A stretch of DNA of 52,121 nucleotides from NCBI GenBank assembly GCA_904063045.1, contig CAJFCJ010000060.1:67228-119348 (forward strand), in the 5' to 3' direction. Under the pieces are notes generated by a model, which saw nothing but the letters and a program-made list of their open reading frames with translations, searched no databases and was not told the DNA's origin. The position numbers and the translations under genes are program-made. The stretch is from Dimorphilus gyrociliatus. Lineage: Eukaryota > Animalia > Annelida. Positions 50,195 through 52,121 of this stretch are shown piece by piece (positions within the stretch are counted from its first letter, which is position 1; every line of letters begins with the position of its first letter).

Positions 50195-50310
50195 GGGCAT
50201 GAGAGAAAATGTCCTAACCTATCCCATTAGTTGGCAAACTTATCTTCATTATCATCTTCTTAACTGTTAATTTAACCCTATACCCATTGAGGACATTTTC
50301 TCCCAATCCC
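50195..50310. mobile_element. Short (116-bp) MITE-like element in the intron after TM7 of receptor paralog 3
   Basis: Imperfect terminal inverted repeats GGGCATGAGAGAAAATGTCCT / AGGACATTTTCTCCCAATCCC; no clear TSD. Confidence 0.6.
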
Positions 50311-51183
50311 TTTTTTTTATTATATACATTTCTTATACAATATGTAAACAAATTTCCATTTTTAGACATAAATTAATTATTGATGCAAAACATTCTGAAA
50401 AAAAGAAATGTTAGTAAAAACTTTTAGTACCTTTTTTCTTATTAACAAAGTTTCGTTTTTTTTGTTCAAGTTTTAAAATTTCTATCAGAATTGGATAATG
50501 ATGGAATAATATTTGATGCTCAGAATAAATTTAATACACATGAAATTTGTGCTAAATATACTGTAAATCTATTAACAATTTGGAATATAGCAATCAGCAT
50601 ATGTAATGGATTGCTAAACGCCCATTCATTGAATTTAGGCATAAATGATAGAAAAGAAATATGTGTTTTTTCTGGGAATTTAAACTGTAAAAAACAAATA
50701 CCAATATTTCTCTTGGCTTTAACTGATATAGAAAGTAGGAAAGATTGCTCTCAAAATAGTCAAGATATAATGAAATTTGGGAAACTTTTAAGAAAGTATA
50801 TTTCAAATTATTCCCTACCGAAATAAAAAGAAATTGATTATCAAATATGTTGTAAATCCAATGCTGTTTGTTGTTTAAATAAATAGAATTTTATTTCAAC
50901 ACCAACAAAAACACTTTCATAGCAAGTAGGCTAAATAGCATCAGGTACTTTTATTAATTTACAGATATCCAAACAAGAAAAAGTGTTACTTATTATTAAA
51001 TCTATTACCATTTTTGTTTATCTTAAATATTGAAACTAACATTGAAAATGTCATGTTCCACAAGAATCACCAGGGTCAATAGTTCATGATGGAATACTCA
51101 TGTTTCGTCTTCTTCCTTACCATACTTTTCTAAGAATTCTGTAGACTTCTCTACCCTTTTGGCTTTATGTCACCAATCAAATT

Positions 51184-51284
51184 GGTATGGAATCCATCTC
51201 AGCCTGGGTTATTCTCCTATTATCTCTGATTAATGCCATAACTCTATCCTTATTGCAATTGTTGCTGGCTGTTCTTTGGCATCC
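51184..51284 (-). mobile_element. Mariner-like transposase HTH remnant
   Basis: GCQRTASNNCNKDRVMALIRDNRRITQAEM resembles GRP.T....V..LI..DRR.T..EI; flanked by stops. Confidence 0.45.
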
Positions 51285-51779
51285 TGGCTAGTCACCCTCA
51301 AGTATATTTATTTTTCCTCCTTTAAAATTCTCTAATCCAATTTCTTACTTAACCTTTGCTAAGTAGGCCATTTTATAAATTTTCAATGTCTTGAATAAAA
51401 TTTTTACCATTGCAATGAAAAAGAAAAGACGATTTACGTGAATTTATCCAAGCAAAGAAAACACGCGATTCTGCAGTTAAAGAATGCTAAATCCCAAAAA
51501 AAAAATACTTTTAATAAAAGAGATTATCTATCAGAGACCATTCCTGGTTTCAATTCCACCACCAGATTCTATTATCCAGATTTTCAAAATATTTTAAGAA
51601 AAGATAGATAAAAAATATCTCAATGAGAATTGCTTTAAATATAGATAATAAACTTTCATAGGCCTATAAAATTGTTTGTCAAACAATACTTTTTTGTTTA
51701 TATGTGTATTTTTGTGATAAATGAAATATGATTTTTTTAATATTAAAAAATGACTAATTAAAAATTGAGATACTGACCT

Positions 51780-52121
51780 TGACTACAATTTTCAGGTTTT
51801 CCATAATAGTCATATATACCACTAGAAACAAATAAATTTGGTTGTGATTGCTTTGATTCATCATTGAAATAGCATGTATTCTGATCTCTTTTGTAGTCGA
51901 TTGACCTTGAAAAAACAAGAGAAATTAAATAAATTCTATTGTCCATTTTTTTTTACTCCAAAAGAAGGAAAAGATAAAGAAAATCCAACTTGCAAAGTTC
52001 ATTCTTGTCACAGTATTTTTTACAATTTTCAACAGTTGCCACACCACTTGTAGAACCATCAAATTCAGCTATTGGAATTGATCTGCCAGAGATAGCACTA
52101 CCCGCAAAATATTCGTAGTCA
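51780..52121 (-). pseudogene. PAN/apple-domain exons, gene continuing beyond the window edge; apparent 1-nt frameshift near 52085
   Basis: YEYFAGSAISG / ATVENCKKYCDKNELCK, a phase-2 intron, then SIDYKRDQNTCYFNDESKQSQPNLFVSSGIYDYYGK; the C...C..N..C.S.DY....C pattern fits PAN. Confidence 0.6.

Larger units (their letters stand above)
44205..50826 (+). pseudogene. GRL101/LGR-like receptor paralog 3 (signal peptide, SRCR-like, CTL-like, LDLa, LRR, 7TM, kinase-like tail), disrupted
   Basis: Signal MLVFVSFLIILNEIEC; LDLa at 47500..48600; LRR ORF 48826..49545; in-frame TGA at 48754..48756; TM3 to most of TM4 missing near 49545 (WRFGPLCTI joined out of frame to ISISLAPYFLFE); DYFSRSVVC, TNVVCFIP and PLNSLFNPYIY; tail exons 50366..50409 and 50471..50826. 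Confidence 0.85.

Overview
Very AT-rich eukaryotic genomic DNA with short (about 45-115 nt) GT-AG introns and gene families typical of a compact-genome lophotrochozoan invertebrate; the taxon is an inference, not verified. The dominant content is three long multi-exon paralogs of GRL101/LGR-type receptors (SRCR-like and C-type-lectin-like modules, LDLa repeats, LRRs, 7TM) at about 20.4-25.6 kb (-), 37.5-43.7 kb (-) and 44.2-50.8 kb (+). In each, hand splicing joins the end of TM7 through a phase-2/phase-1 micro-exon to a degenerate protein-kinase-like domain, suggesting a 7TM receptor-pseudokinase fusion family. Also present: two intronless rhodopsin-class GPCRs and an internally collapsed GPCR pseudogene; an intronless methyltransferase resembling a bacterial family; a small GPI-anchored Cys-rich protein; an F-type lectin gene; a galactose-binding-like/FAMeT-domain gene; Ly6-like, RNI-type LRR and PAN-domain remnants; a minimal Penelope-type hammerhead ribozyme; and many transposon relics (Mutator FLYWCH/transposase fragments, a 207-bp MITE with 9-bp TSDs, a Tc1 DD34E element, two Gypsy-like LTRs with tRNA-Ser primer-binding sites and gag remnants). 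Many genes carry stops, frameshifts or deletions; some may be assembly errors. All domain calls are by eye, with no database searches.
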